This document shows, one piece after another, positions 9,608 to 18,536 of a stretch of 64,000 bases of DNA; the stretch's first letter is position 1, and each line of letters begins with the position of its first letter. Both the position numbers and the translations under genes were made by a program. The notes beneath the pieces were generated by a model. That model had not been told where the DNA came from. It worked only from the letters and a program-made list of their open reading frames with translations, and searched no databases. This stretch comes from a candidate division TM6 bacterium GW2011_GWF2_32_72. GTDB taxonomy: Bacteria > Babelota > Babeliae > Babelales > CAIQNR01. Location: NCBI GenBank assembly GCA_945882015.1, contig CAMCVM010000001.1:76763-140762 (forward strand), given 5' to 3'.

Positions 9608-10390
9608 TTATTCAACGTTAATTTTTTCTAATATATTTTTCATTAAAGGGTCTTGAATATTTTCAGGATGAGCAGTAAAAAACTGTCCATAAAAAGCAGA
9701 AAGTACCATTTGTGCTGCAATTCTTAGAGTAGATGGTTCCGCACCTGAGTAACAGTAAGATTTTTCAGAGAGATTTTTTTCGCAATATCTGCTTGCTATT
9801 TCATAGATCTTTGCAACAATCTGATCACTTTCGTCTGGCATATTACTCTTTCTTAATGTTTCTGATTTTTGCAATAACTGGTTCAGTACAGTCTGGTATG
9901 CTTGGACTTGTTGTAAGCCAAAAACGCGTACAAATAGTTCTTGCGATAAACAGATAAGTGATCTTTTTTTGATGTGCGTTTTTGAATCTTCTTGCGGGAA
10001 CAAATAAGATTTTTGAGGCTTTTTTCTTCTCCTAGAAGACCTACTTCCAGAACTGAAGGAGCAAGATTCGTTCTGTATGCCCCCAGATCGTAGTTGCAAT
10101 AGTTGAATCTCTCCCTGAAGATCGCCTGTTTGCACAATACATTGATTGGTTAGATCGGCACCTATATCAAAATCATCTGGTAATTCTTCTTCAAATGAAT
10201 GTTCAACTAAACTTTCTGGTAATGGTGTGTGTAAATCTGCTTCTACTTCTAAAAGGTTGCAATAAGGTGCTGCTAGACCTTCTTTAAGCAAGTCTATTTG
10301 CATTTGCTGAAAAGTAAGATTTGAATTTTCTAAAGAATGTAATGAAGCGTTCATAATACTTACTAATAATACAATAAAAAGCAAAGTCAT
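9608..10390 (-). CDS. Hypothetical protein with N-terminal signal/anchor and internal basic cluster
   Basis: 260-aa ORF; [19 protein letters not shown] hydrophobic N-terminus; acidic region followed by [12 protein letters not shown]; no family recognised. Confidence 0.5.
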   Translation of the reverse strand: MTLLFIVLLVSIMNASLHSLENSNLTFQQMQIDLLKEGLAAPYCNLLEVEADLHTPLPESLVEHSFEEELPDDFDIGADLTNQCIVQTGDLQGEIQLLQLRSGGIQNESCSFSSGSRSSRRRKKPQKSYLFPQEDSKTHIKKRSLICLSQELFVRVFGLQQVQAYQTVLNQLLQKSETLRKSNMPDESDQIVAKIYEIASRYCEKNLSEKSYCYSGAEPSTLRIAAQMVLSAFYGQFFTAHPENIQDPLMKNILEKINVE

Positions 10391-10620
10391 AACCTTTATT
10401 TAAAATGATTGATATTTAGTAGATATAAAAAATTTTTACAGTATAGACAAGATTATTATTTTTTTACAAAAATATCGAACGCTTTTAAAAGAAGAGTCAA
10501 TAATAAAAAATAAAAAAACAATTGACCTTTTCAGTTTGAAAGATTCATACTTAAAACAATAAATTAATCCATAATTAAAAATGTTTTATTTTTTAAACAA
10601 TATTTTTGATAGGAAATACT

Positions 10621-12231
10621 ATGAAAAAATTCTTAGTTTTTTTTGTAATAATAAGTTTTTTTTTCAATAGCAGATCTGCAAGTTCACATCTGGCGGAATT
10701 TGAAGAAAAAACCCTTAGTATGTTAAAATCTTTAACCCAACCAGAAGCATCATCTGATCTTCCTTTCTCTCCAAGCAATGCAGCTTACTCTGCTGATGGC
10801 CAATTACTAGAAATTGACCCTGCAACGACTATCTTAGCTCAAGAAACTTACTGGACTAGCGATGGCACTCTTATTCCGATTACTGCCCTAAGAAGGGAGT
10901 ATGGAATAACTCTCATTAATCATAAAAACAATCAAAGAGCTGAATCTACTGCCACACATTTAAATTGGCCAATCGATCCATCTCAGTTTTCAAACCCTTT
11001 TCATCCTGCTTCAGTGTCACTTCATCCTCATCAATTAAGAGTTGCCTTTACTCACAATCAAGGAAATCTTGTTTTTATTAATTTCACCCGCAACAATTTT
11101 TCTGTTACAGAAAAGGCTCATAGTCATACAACTGCATGTCATGAAGGGGTTGGCCCTCAAATTCTTTTTGGACCAAAAGATTTATTTGCAAGCGAACTAC
11201 ATGGGCAAGTATGCATTTATAATGAAGATAACCCTGAAGGAAAAATAATTACCCATGCTTTTAGTCCGTTTGATAGGCCATTAGCAGACAGCTCTGAAGA
11301 AAGTCTTGTATTAGATCATCAATTACATGAAAATAATAAAAATACTTGTGTTATTAAATTTAATCCCGATCCTCGCAATGAACAATTAGTAGTGCACTAT
11401 AACAACAATCTTTATATTTTTGATGGAAGAACAGGAGAAATTCAAACAAGAATCAGCGATACTCAACCAATCAGTAGCTTTACAAGGCGCGGTGAAGAAT
11501 TTGTATATCTGCAAAATAATAATGAACTTATCACTCTTAATACACAAAATTTAGAACCTCATAGGTTAATAGGAGGCCATACTAATATTATAGAACAAAT
11601 AACCTGTTGCCCCTTTAGTAATCCTCTCCTTCTTATTTTAAGCGGTAATTCCGATAAAAAAACCATAGCTATTTATGATATTTATAAAGGAAAAATCTTA
11701 GAATCAAGTGACCCTAATTTTAAAAAAGTCCAATGGGTACCTAATACAAAAACCATTTCTGCGTGTACAAATCCAGAAAACAATGTTCCTCAAATCAAAC
11801 AATGGGATCTTGACCAAACATCTGCAACTTATCAGTATGCTCAAGAAGATCACGGTGCATTTAACATCAATAAAATAAATTTTTTTGATAGTTTAATCTG
11901 GCAAATCAATAATGGTGCAATTCTTGAACTGCAAGATGGGCAAGATCTATCTGAAACTTTTTCTCAATTTCCATCTGAAGTACAATTAGAATTGCTTGCA
12001 ACAGGAAAAATTATTTTTTCTGAGCCTAATTTATTGCCTGAAGATCAAGATGGACCTAACTATGGAGATACCCCCCCACCTGCATATGATGATATTTTTC
12101 TAGATAGAGTTGGAGGTGAAAGAAGTCTTACAACAACAAATCCAGAAGTAGAAAACCCCCAACAAAGACCTTCGCGTTTTCAAAGATTTTTAGCGCTTAT
12201 TGGCTTTAGACGATTACAGGATAATCACTGA
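10621..12231 (+). CDS. Secreted WD40/beta-propeller-like protein, hypothetical
   Basis: ATG 10621 preceded by AGGAAA; MKKFLVFFVIISFFFNSRSASS signal; WD-like units (GHTNIIEQITCCPF...KTIAIYDIYKGK; VPQIKQWDL); C-terminal tail with PPPAY. Confidence 0.55.
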   Translation: MKKFLVFFVIISFFFNSRSASSHLAEFEEKTLSMLKSLTQPEASSDLPFSPSNAAYSADGQLLEIDPATTILAQETYWTSDGTLIPITALRREYGITLINHKNNQRAESTATHLNWPIDPSQFSNPFHPASVSLHPHQLRVAFTHNQGNLVFINFTRNNFSVTEKAHSHTTACHEGVGPQILFGPKDLFASELHGQVCIYNEDNPEGKIITHAFSPFDRPLADSSEESLVLDHQLHENNKNTCVIKFNPDPRNEQLVVHYNNNLYIFDGRTGEIQTRISDTQPISSFTRRGEEFVYLQNNNELITLNTQNLEPHRLIGGHTNIIEQITCCPFSNPLLLILSGNSDKKTIAIYDIYKGKILESSDPNFKKVQWVPNTKTISACTNPENNVPQIKQWDLDQTSATYQYAQEDHGAFNINKINFFDSLIWQINNGAILELQDGQDLSETFSQFPSEVQLELLATGKIIFSEPNLLPEDQDGPNYGDTPPPAYDDIFLDRVGGERSLTTTNPEVENPQQRPSRFQRFLALIGFRRLQDNH

Positions 12232-12318
12232 GATTATAAAAATTTAAAGAGAACTTGCTGTTAAAAAAAAGTTGCTTTAGAGTGAAAAGATATCAATAAC
12301 GATAAAAAGGAGACTGAT

Positions 12319-13161
12319 ATGTTAAGCTCGCCAACGTGGTGGTATTTTAATATTTACGCTATCAAAGATGTTCTGGAAATCACCTTATTTTCTACTGTTA
12401 TTTACTATTTTTCAATATGGCTTAAACAAGACCGACAAAAACAGTTACTCATGAGCTTTTATGGATATTGTACTTTATTAACCGTCTGCCATTTTACCCA
12501 TTTACAAGCAGCAGGAACTGCATTATTACTATTTGCTCCCGTTGCTCTTATTATTTTTGTAATGCTCCATCAAGAACTATTACAGAAAAATTTTATAAGT
12601 TTACACAACATAACCCCTTCCAACCAGATAGAGCAAGAATGGACAGAAACCTTAATACGTAGCTGCCTTATAGCAATAAGCTCAGAAAAACCGATCTGTT
12701 GCATTATTGAAAAAAAACAGAGCCTTTCTGATCTTTTAACTGCCCCTTATCGTATTAATTGCAAATTATCTGAAGGACTTTTAGATTTGCTCATTAATAG
12801 TAATACTTTTGAACCAAATAAAATGATTTGGCTACAAGATAATGGAATTTTATGTGCTATCAATAGTACTTGGAAACGCACTTCAATCGACACATGGCTT
12901 GCTCGGGAAGTCAAAGAACAAGAACCATGGTTACAAGACGCTCTCTTTTTTACTTCAAAAACGGATGCTTTATGTTTTAAAATAAATGAACAGACACGTA
13001 CCTTCACACTTGTTGCTCAAGGGAAGGTGCTGGAAAAAGTATCAGCACATGCTGCATTAAAAACGATCAAAAAATATCTTGGCCATTTTGAAGTTTCTAA
13101 AAAAGGAGAAATTCATGCAACCGGACACAAAGTCTCATCCACTCAACAATCTATCACTTAA
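12319..13161 (+). CDS. CdaA-like membrane protein (diadenylate-cyclase homolog, catalytic motifs not found)
   Basis: AAGGAG RBS; three N-terminal hydrophobic helices resembling CdaA (IKDVLEITLFSTVIYYF...); sits upstream of a YbbR gene and glmM; DGA and RHR motifs not seen (LQDNGILCAI where LHDGAVII is expected). Confidence 0.5.
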   Translation: MLSSPTWWYFNIYAIKDVLEITLFSTVIYYFSIWLKQDRQKQLLMSFYGYCTLLTVCHFTHLQAAGTALLLFAPVALIIFVMLHQELLQKNFISLHNITPSNQIEQEWTETLIRSCLIAISSEKPICCIIEKKQSLSDLLTAPYRINCKLSEGLLDLLINSNTFEPNKMIWLQDNGILCAINSTWKRTSIDTWLAREVKEQEPWLQDALFFTSKTDALCFKINEQTRTFTLVAQGKVLEKVSAHAALKTIKKYLGHFEVSKKGEIHATGHKVSSTQQSIT

Positions 13162-13492
13162 AATTATTGCACTGGTTTTTGGGTATACGTTATGGACAAC
13201 TATGAGCGAACATAATAAAGTACAAGTTACTCTGCAAGCCCCCTTATCTTTTTATAATCAATCGGGCTTAGAAGTTGAAGGTCCAGAATCTATTCTTGTC
13301 ACAGTTACTGGCAAACGGGACTCACTGTATCAGTTAACACGTAACCTTGCCGTACACATTAATGCAGACAATCTTAACGAAGGTCCAAATACTATTGCAC
13401 CCCTTGAAAAAGATTTGCTTTTACCTGAAGCAGTAAAACTAGTACACTGTAGTCCACAAACTATAACTGTAAATGCAAAGAAACATGCCTAA
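13115..13492 (+). CDS. YbbR-domain protein (CdaR-like), single domain
   Basis: ATG 13115 preceded by AAGGAG; N-terminal anchor LSLKIIALVFGYTLW, then a YbbR-like beta domain (VQVTLQAPLSFYN...ILVTVTGKRDSL...AVHINADNLNEGPNT...PQTITVNAKK); overlaps the upstream gene by 47 nt and glmM by 1 nt. Confidence 0.6.
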   Translation: MQPDTKSHPLNNLSLKIIALVFGYTLWTTMSEHNKVQVTLQAPLSFYNQSGLEVEGPESILVTVTGKRDSLYQLTRNLAVHINADNLNEGPNTIAPLEKDLLLPEAVKLVHCSPQTITVNAKKHA

Positions 13493-14817
13493 TGCAAGAA
13501 ATTTTCGGAACTGATGGAATTCGTACACAAATTGGGAAAGAACCACTGACTGCGCCCAAATTATTGCAACTTGCAAGCGCTATTGGGAAATGGTTAACCA
13601 CTGAAAAAAAAAATGCTTCTCTTGCTTTAGGGTATGACACTCGTTATTCAAGTGCACTCTGCAAAGCTTCGCTAAAAGCTGGTTTATTACAATACCCAAT
13701 TAAAGTCACTGATTGTTCAATAACACCAACTCCCGTTTTGCAACAGTATGTTACTGCCCATAATTATGACCTGGGAATTATGATCACTGCTTCACACAAT
13801 AAAGCATGCGACAATGGCATTAAACTTTTTACAGCCAATGGAAAAATAAGCAAAACTGATCAAGCAATCATTACACAATTATTTCATGAAGATACTTTTG
13901 AAGTTGATTACGATAATCTTGGACAAGAAATTCACAACAGTATGGTGCAAGCTTGGAACTTAGAGCGATTGGCTACATTTTTTAAAAAAAATTTCTTACA
14001 AGGTATAACCATTGTCCTTGATTACGCACATGGTGCCTATTGGCCATCAGCATTACAAGTTTTTGAATTTTTTGGAGCAACAGTAATTTCTTTGCATAAC
14101 AACCCTAATGGAAAAAACATTAATGAACAATGCGGATCCCTGTATCCGCAAGAGTTACAAAAAGCTGTGATTGCTCATCAAGCAGCTATCGGTTTTGCTT
14201 TTGATGGAGATGGAGACAGAGTAATTATCGTCAATCAAGATGGGGTCATTAAAGATGGGGACGACATTCTTGGCTTTTTACAACTGAATCCTTACTATAG
14301 CCAACAAACAACTGCTGTAACCACCGTTATGGCAAATCAAGGACTGATTGAATACTTTAAAAGCAATAATAAAACATTACTGCAAACGCCAGTTGGTGAT
14401 ACTTTTGTAATTGAAAAATTAAAAGAACATAAACTCCTTTTAGGCGCAGAACCGTCTGGGCATGTCATCCTTGGAGACAATAATTATATATCTGACGGTC
14501 TTTTTACAGCACTACGTGTTTGTCAAACTGCTTTACTTGTTAAAAATTTCAAAGTTGAAACTTTTGAAAAATTCCCTCAAATTATGATTAATGTTCCTGT
14601 TAGTTGCAAAAAAGATTTAACACAATGGCCTTTTTGCCAAGTGATTGAAGAACACCAAAAAATGCTTACCAAAGGAAGAGTATTAGTACGTTATTCAGGA
14701 ACTGAACCATTATTACGTATTATGATTGAAACAGTTGATGCACAAGAAGCACACAAGATTGCAAATCTCCTTTCTACAAATCTTATTAATGCTTTACAAA
14801 ACAAGGAAAATCAATGA
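13492..14817 (+). CDS. glmM: Phosphoglucosamine mutase
   Basis: MQEIFGTDGIRT..., active-site loop ITASHNKACDNGIKLF, metal loop FDGDGDR, GAEPSGH, RYSGTEPLLRIM. Confidence 0.9.
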   Translation: MQEIFGTDGIRTQIGKEPLTAPKLLQLASAIGKWLTTEKKNASLALGYDTRYSSALCKASLKAGLLQYPIKVTDCSITPTPVLQQYVTAHNYDLGIMITASHNKACDNGIKLFTANGKISKTDQAIITQLFHEDTFEVDYDNLGQEIHNSMVQAWNLERLATFFKKNFLQGITIVLDYAHGAYWPSALQVFEFFGATVISLHNNPNGKNINEQCGSLYPQELQKAVIAHQAAIGFAFDGDGDRVIIVNQDGVIKDGDDILGFLQLNPYYSQQTTAVTTVMANQGLIEYFKSNNKTLLQTPVGDTFVIEKLKEHKLLLGAEPSGHVILGDNNYISDGLFTALRVCQTALLVKNFKVETFEKFPQIMINVPVSCKKDLTQWPFCQVIEEHQKMLTKGRVLVRYSGTEPLLRIMIETVDAQEAHKIANLLSTNLINALQNKENQ

Positions 14818-15449
14818 TTCGCTCTTTTATAAAATCTTTTTTAAAGCATACCTGGCATCTATTTGTTAATGGCCTTTTAACATTGCTGCCTATTGCAATT
14901 ACCTTCAGTGTTTTTTCATTTTCATTAAAACTTTTAAAAACGTGGCTTGCTCCATTACATTATTTACAAGAAAAAATTCCTTTTTTACAAAGCATCCCTC
15001 ATGATGAAATCATCGTAGCAATTGCCCTTATTTTTTTAGCGGGTATCTTTTTAAAATCTTTAATTATTCGCTCTTTTATTGAACTGTTTGAAACAATGCT
15101 TGAACAGATCCCTTTTGTTCGCCCATTATACACGGGTGTCAAGCAGCTGGTTACTGCGTTTTCCCCCAGTGATAAGCTTACTTTTCAACAAGTAGTATTA
15201 ATTGAATTCCCCCAAAAAGGTATGTTTTCTGTCGGATTTCAAACCAGTGAAATTACTCCTGAGATTGCTCCTGACCAACAGGACACCTACTATAATGTCT
15301 TTATACCAACAACCCCTAACCCTACTACCGGTTTTTTTGTCATGGCAAAGCGCAAAGACTTTAAGCCTGTCAATTTAACAACCCAAGAGGCTATGGCTCT
15401 TATCATGTCAGGCGGCATTGTTCAACCAAAACGATATAAGCCACAATAA
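14814..15449 (+). CDS. DUF502-family membrane protein
   Basis: ATGA overlap with glmM; two N-terminal TM helices, PFVRPLYTGVKQL and IPTTPNPTTGFFVM motifs typical of DUF502. Confidence 0.65.
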   Translation: MIRSFIKSFLKHTWHLFVNGLLTLLPIAITFSVFSFSLKLLKTWLAPLHYLQEKIPFLQSIPHDEIIVAIALIFLAGIFLKSLIIRSFIELFETMLEQIPFVRPLYTGVKQLVTAFSPSDKLTFQQVVLIEFPQKGMFSVGFQTSEITPEIAPDQQDTYYNVFIPTTPNPTTGFFVMAKRKDFKPVNLTTQEAMALIMSGGIVQPKRYKPQ

Positions 15450-15485
15450 GCTTAAAGCTCGATTAATTTGAATCTGGATTATCAA

Positions 15486-15513
15486 TTGACTTTTTATAGC
15501 AATTACCTATACT
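15486..15513 (+). promoter_or_regulatory. Candidate sigma70-type promoter of the DEAD-box helicase gene
   Basis: TTGACT (15486-15491), 16-nt spacer, TATACT (15508-15513); implies a ~135-nt 5' UTR. Confidence 0.45.
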
Positions 15514-15654
15514 GGACAGTAGTTAGTTGATAATGGAGTTGGTCCTCAATTTTAATCTTATTCTCTGCTTAAAATCTTTGCGCAGTGTAACTTTTGGACC
15601 CGCTTATTACACATATAATCATGTGTCCACAAGTTCAAAAAGAAAGGCATTTTA

Positions 15655-17628
15655 ATGTCAGAAAAACTGTTCAATGATTCTTTAATAGACTCAGAGACTC
15701 CGGTTCAAGATTCAGGTATCACCTTTGATCAATTAGGGCTTTCAAGCACAACTTTACAAGCACTTAAGGCTAAAGGGTTTACAAAACCAAGTCCAATTCA
15801 AGCGTTAACTATTCCAATTTTACTAAAAAATGAAAAAGACGTTATTGGTCAAGCACAGACAGGAACTGGTAAAACAGCTGCTTTTGCGCTTCCTTTAATT
15901 GATATTTTAGAAGGACAAAGCAAGACCCCTAAAGCAATTATTTTAACCCCAACTCGTGAGCTTGCTTTACAAGTTTCACAAGAAATTGAATCTTTAAAAG
16001 GAAGCAAACGAATCACTGTTTTAGCTGTTTACGGCGGACAATCAATTGTTACTCAATTTAGAGATTTAAAAAGAGGCGCTGACATTGTTGTTGGAACTCC
16101 TGGTCGTATTTTAGACCACATTCAACGTGAAACGTTATATCTTGATGACATTACTCATGTTATTCTTGATGAAGCTGATGAAATGTTAAATCGTGGTTTT
16201 TTACCTGATATTCAAGCAATCTTAAAATGTACTCATGCTTCACGCCGTACTATTTTATTTTCTGCTACTATGTCACCAGAAATTCTTAAAATTGCAAAAC
16301 AATATATGGGTGAATACGAACTACTTAAAGTTGCTCAAAATCAATTGACCTGTACTTCTGTTGAACAATTTTATTTTGAAGTTCCATTCCAAGATCGTTT
16401 TAGCGCATTGTCTCGTATTATTGCGAGTGAAAATCCTTTTTATGGACTTATCTTCTGCCGCACAAAACGACACACTGAACAACTTGCTCGACAACTTGCT
16501 GAATGTGGATACCATGCTGACGCGCTTAACGGTGACATGTCACAAAGCGCTCGTGAAAAGATTTTAGACAAATTTAAAAGCAAACTGATCACTATTTTAG
16601 TTGCAACTGACGTTGCAGCACGTGGAATTGACATTAAAGATGTTACTCATGTTATTAACTACTCGCTTCCTGAAGAACCTGAAATCTATGTTCACCGTAT
16701 TGGAAGAACAGGAAGAGCAGGTAAAATTGGAAAAGCATTTTCATTAGTCCCACCTGCAGATAGACATCGCCTTGCTTTAATTGAAAGAACTACAAAGTTG
16801 AAAATTCAAAAAGGGCAATTACCTTCATCAGAAGATATTATTGCACAAAAAAAAGAAACTATTTTTGCTGAACTTGAAAAAAGCTTAGAAAAAGCTCCTC
16901 AAGAATATTACATCAAAATTGCTTCTGAACTGTTAGAAAAACATCCAGCTCAACCATTGATTGCGTTACTCTTAAAACGCGCATTTAAAAGCCAACTAGA
17001 ACAACAAGATTTTTCTAAAATGAATATTGTAGAAGAACCAGAACGTCGTGGTGGCAGACGTGGTGATTCAGGCCGTGGTGGCGAAGGTCGCTCTGAAAGA
17101 TCAGGCGGCGGGCAAAGAGGATTCTTTAACCGTAAAAGCAATACTAAAAACTCACGTGGTGGTTCATCAGAAGGCGGCTTTAAAAAAAGACGTGATTTCT
17201 CAAATGACGCTTCATCAACTTCATCAGAAGGTGGTTTTAGAAAACGTGAATACTCAAACGATCGTCCTTCAGAAGGCGGATTCAGAAAACGCCCTGAATA
17301 CTCAAATGATCGCTCATCGTCTTCATCAGAAGGTGGGTTCAGAAAGCGTGAGTACTCAAACGACCGTCCATCATCAGAAGGCGGATTTAGAAAACGTGAA
17401 TATTCAAACGATCGCTCATCATCTTCATCAGAAGGTGGGTTTAAAAAACGTGAATACTCAAACAACCGTCCATCAGAAGGCGGATTCAGAAAACGCCCTG
17501 AATATTCAAATGATCGCTCATCGTCTTCATCAGAAGGTGGTTTTAAAAAAAGATCTAACTCATCAACCGGTAATAGCGGCTATGCAGGTAACTCTGACAG
17601 CTTTAAAAGAAGAAGCAGCCGCCCTTAA
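15655..17628 (+). CDS. DEAD-box ATP-dependent RNA helicase (DeaD/CsdA-like) with R/G/S-rich repetitive C-terminal tail
   Basis: Q-motif GFTKPSPIQ, AQTGTGKT, PTRELA, VLDEADEML, SAT, ATDVAARGID, HRIGRTGRAG; tail from about residue 463 (RRGGRRGDSGRGGEG...). Confidence 0.9.
   Translation: MSEKLFNDSLIDSETPVQDSGITFDQLGLSSTTLQALKAKGFTKPSPIQALTIPILLKNEKDVIGQAQTGTGKTAAFALPLIDILEGQSKTPKAIILTPTRELALQVSQEIESLKGSKRITVLAVYGGQSIVTQFRDLKRGADIVVGTPGRILDHIQRETLYLDDITHVILDEADEMLNRGFLPDIQAILKCTHASRRTILFSATMSPEILKIAKQYMGEYELLKVAQNQLTCTSVEQFYFEVPFQDRFSALSRIIASENPFYGLIFCRTKRHTEQLARQLAECGYHADALNGDMSQSAREKILDKFKSKLITILVATDVAARGIDIKDVTHVINYSLPEEPEIYVHRIGRTGRAGKIGKAFSLVPPADRHRLALIERTTKLKIQKGQLPSSEDIIAQKKETIFAELEKSLEKAPQEYYIKIASELLEKHPAQPLIALLLKRAFKSQLEQQDFSKMNIVEEPERRGGRRGDSGRGGEGRSERSGGGQRGFFNRKSNTKNSRGGSSEGGFKKRRDFSNDASSTSSEGGFRKREYSNDRPSEGGFRKRPEYSNDRSSSSSEGGFRKREYSNDRPSSEGGFRKREYSNDRSSSSSEGGFKKREYSNNRPSEGGFRKRPEYSNDRSSSSSEGGFKKRSNSSTGNSGYAGNSDSFKRRSSRP
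17167..17553 (+). repeat. In-frame tandem coding repeat, 8 copies of SEGGF(R/K)KR(P)EYSN(D/N)R(S)n
   Basis: TCAGAAGG(C/T)GG recurs at 17167, 17224, 17269, 17326, 17374, 17428, 17473 and 17530 (spacings 57, 45, 57, 48, 54, 45, 57 nt). Confidence 0.85.
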
Positions 17629-17647
17629 AAGCACTGTTTAATAGCTA

Positions 17648-17683
17648 TAAAAAAAGACACTCTTAATCGAGTGTCTTTTTTTA
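17648..17683. terminator. Bidirectional rho-independent terminator between convergent genes
   Basis: AGACACTC (17655-17662) / GAGTGTCT (17669-17676), 6-nt loop, A-run upstream and T-run downstream. Confidence 0.65.
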
Positions 17684-17718
17684 TGAGGATCTTTTTCAAC
17701 GTCCGCGCCTCTGAAAAA

Positions 17719-18078
17719 TTATCTGTTTTTAGCTTGATGCACTTTTGGTGTGCTTGTTCTATGACTACCACGATCACGATTTCTATGTGCTGGAGTATCA
17801 TTTCTTACTTGCTTATTACATTTTGGATTAGGCTTTTGAACAAAAGTTTTTTGGTTATTTTTTTGAAATAATGCCTTGTTTTTATTTCTTTGTTGTGCTT
17901 TTTGTTCTGCTTGCTGAGCTTGCAAAGCTGCCATTCTTAATATTTTTTGCTGTTCTTGACGGTTTCTTTCTTCTTGTGCAATTTGCTGTTGTGCAAAAGC
18001 AGCTTGCTCAAAACATAGCGCCTTTATTTGAGAGTATCCAAACATTACTAATAACACTAAAAAACTTGTTTGCTTCAT
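17719..18078 (-). CDS. Small secreted basic Q/K/R-rich protein (family member 1)
   Basis: MKQTSFLVLLVMFGYSQIKA signal; Q/K/R-rich helix, single Cys (PKCNKQVRND), basic tail; resembles the product of 18191-18508. Confidence 0.55.
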   Translation of the reverse strand: MKQTSFLVLLVMFGYSQIKALCFEQAAFAQQQIAQEERNRQEQQKILRMAALQAQQAEQKAQQRNKNKALFQKNNQKTFVQKPNPKCNKQVRNDTPAHRNRDRGSHRTSTPKVHQAKNR

Positions 18079-18124
18079 TGATAGATCCTTTATATAAAAT
18101 AGATTAACTGCATACGATTATAAT

Positions 18125-18158
18125 AAAAAAGACACTCTTTTACAAAGTGTCTTTTTTA
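18125..18158 (-). terminator. Rho-independent terminator (also bidirectional in form)
   Basis: AAAGACACT (18128-18136) / AGTGTCTTT (18146-18154), flanked by an A-run and a T-run; left arm AAAAAAGACACTCTT is identical to the one at 17650-17664. Confidence 0.6.
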
Positions 18159-18190
18159 TTGATTACCATCAGTAATTTATTCAATAGGTT

Positions 18191-18508
18191 TTATTTTTTA
18201 TACCAAGATCCAGCAGCACCTCTACTATTATGGTTATTTCTAGAGGTTTGCTGTCCTTTACAATTAGCCTGACTAGCTTTTCTTTGCGCTTTCAAAGCTT
18301 GTTTTTCTGCTTTTTTCAACTGCTGTTTTCTATCTTTTTCTTGTTTTTTTCTTTGCTGGTCTAATGCTAACTGTCTTTGCGCTGGTACTTCTAACTGTAC
18401 GTGAGCAAGTAATGCTGCAAGCGGTAAAATATCTGACCCTAAGCCTTCACCCCCTTTAATTGACCAAAAAGAAAACGCTGTCAGAATTATTAAAATTTGT
18501 TTGTTCAT
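18191..18508 (-). CDS. Small secreted basic Q/K/R-rich protein (family member 2)
   Basis: MNKQILIILTAFSFWSIKGG signal; QRKKQEKDRKQQLKKAEKQALKAQRKASQANCKGQQTSRNNHNSRG. Confidence 0.55.
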   Translation of the reverse strand: MNKQILIILTAFSFWSIKGGEGLGSDILPLAALLAHVQLEVPAQRQLALDQQRKKQEKDRKQQLKKAEKQALKAQRKASQANCKGQQTSRNNHNSRGAAGSWYKK

Positions 18509-18536
18509 AATCTATAAAATTTCTGATTAATTATTA

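Noticed and set aside
17167-17553. Possible CRISPR-like periodic repeat
   Set aside because: The repeats are in-frame coding units of 45-57 nt without unique spacers. No cas genes or other CRISPR-like arrays are present in the window.
16950-17641. 171-aa (-) and 197-aa (+) ORFs over the helicase tail
   Set aside because: These are artefacts of the tandem repeat staying open in other frames; the helicase frame is continuous with the conserved core.
17671-18107. 66-aa and 78-aa plus-strand ORFs
   Set aside because: They are antisense to the signal-peptide gene 17719-18078, start inside the bidirectional terminator, and have no RBS.
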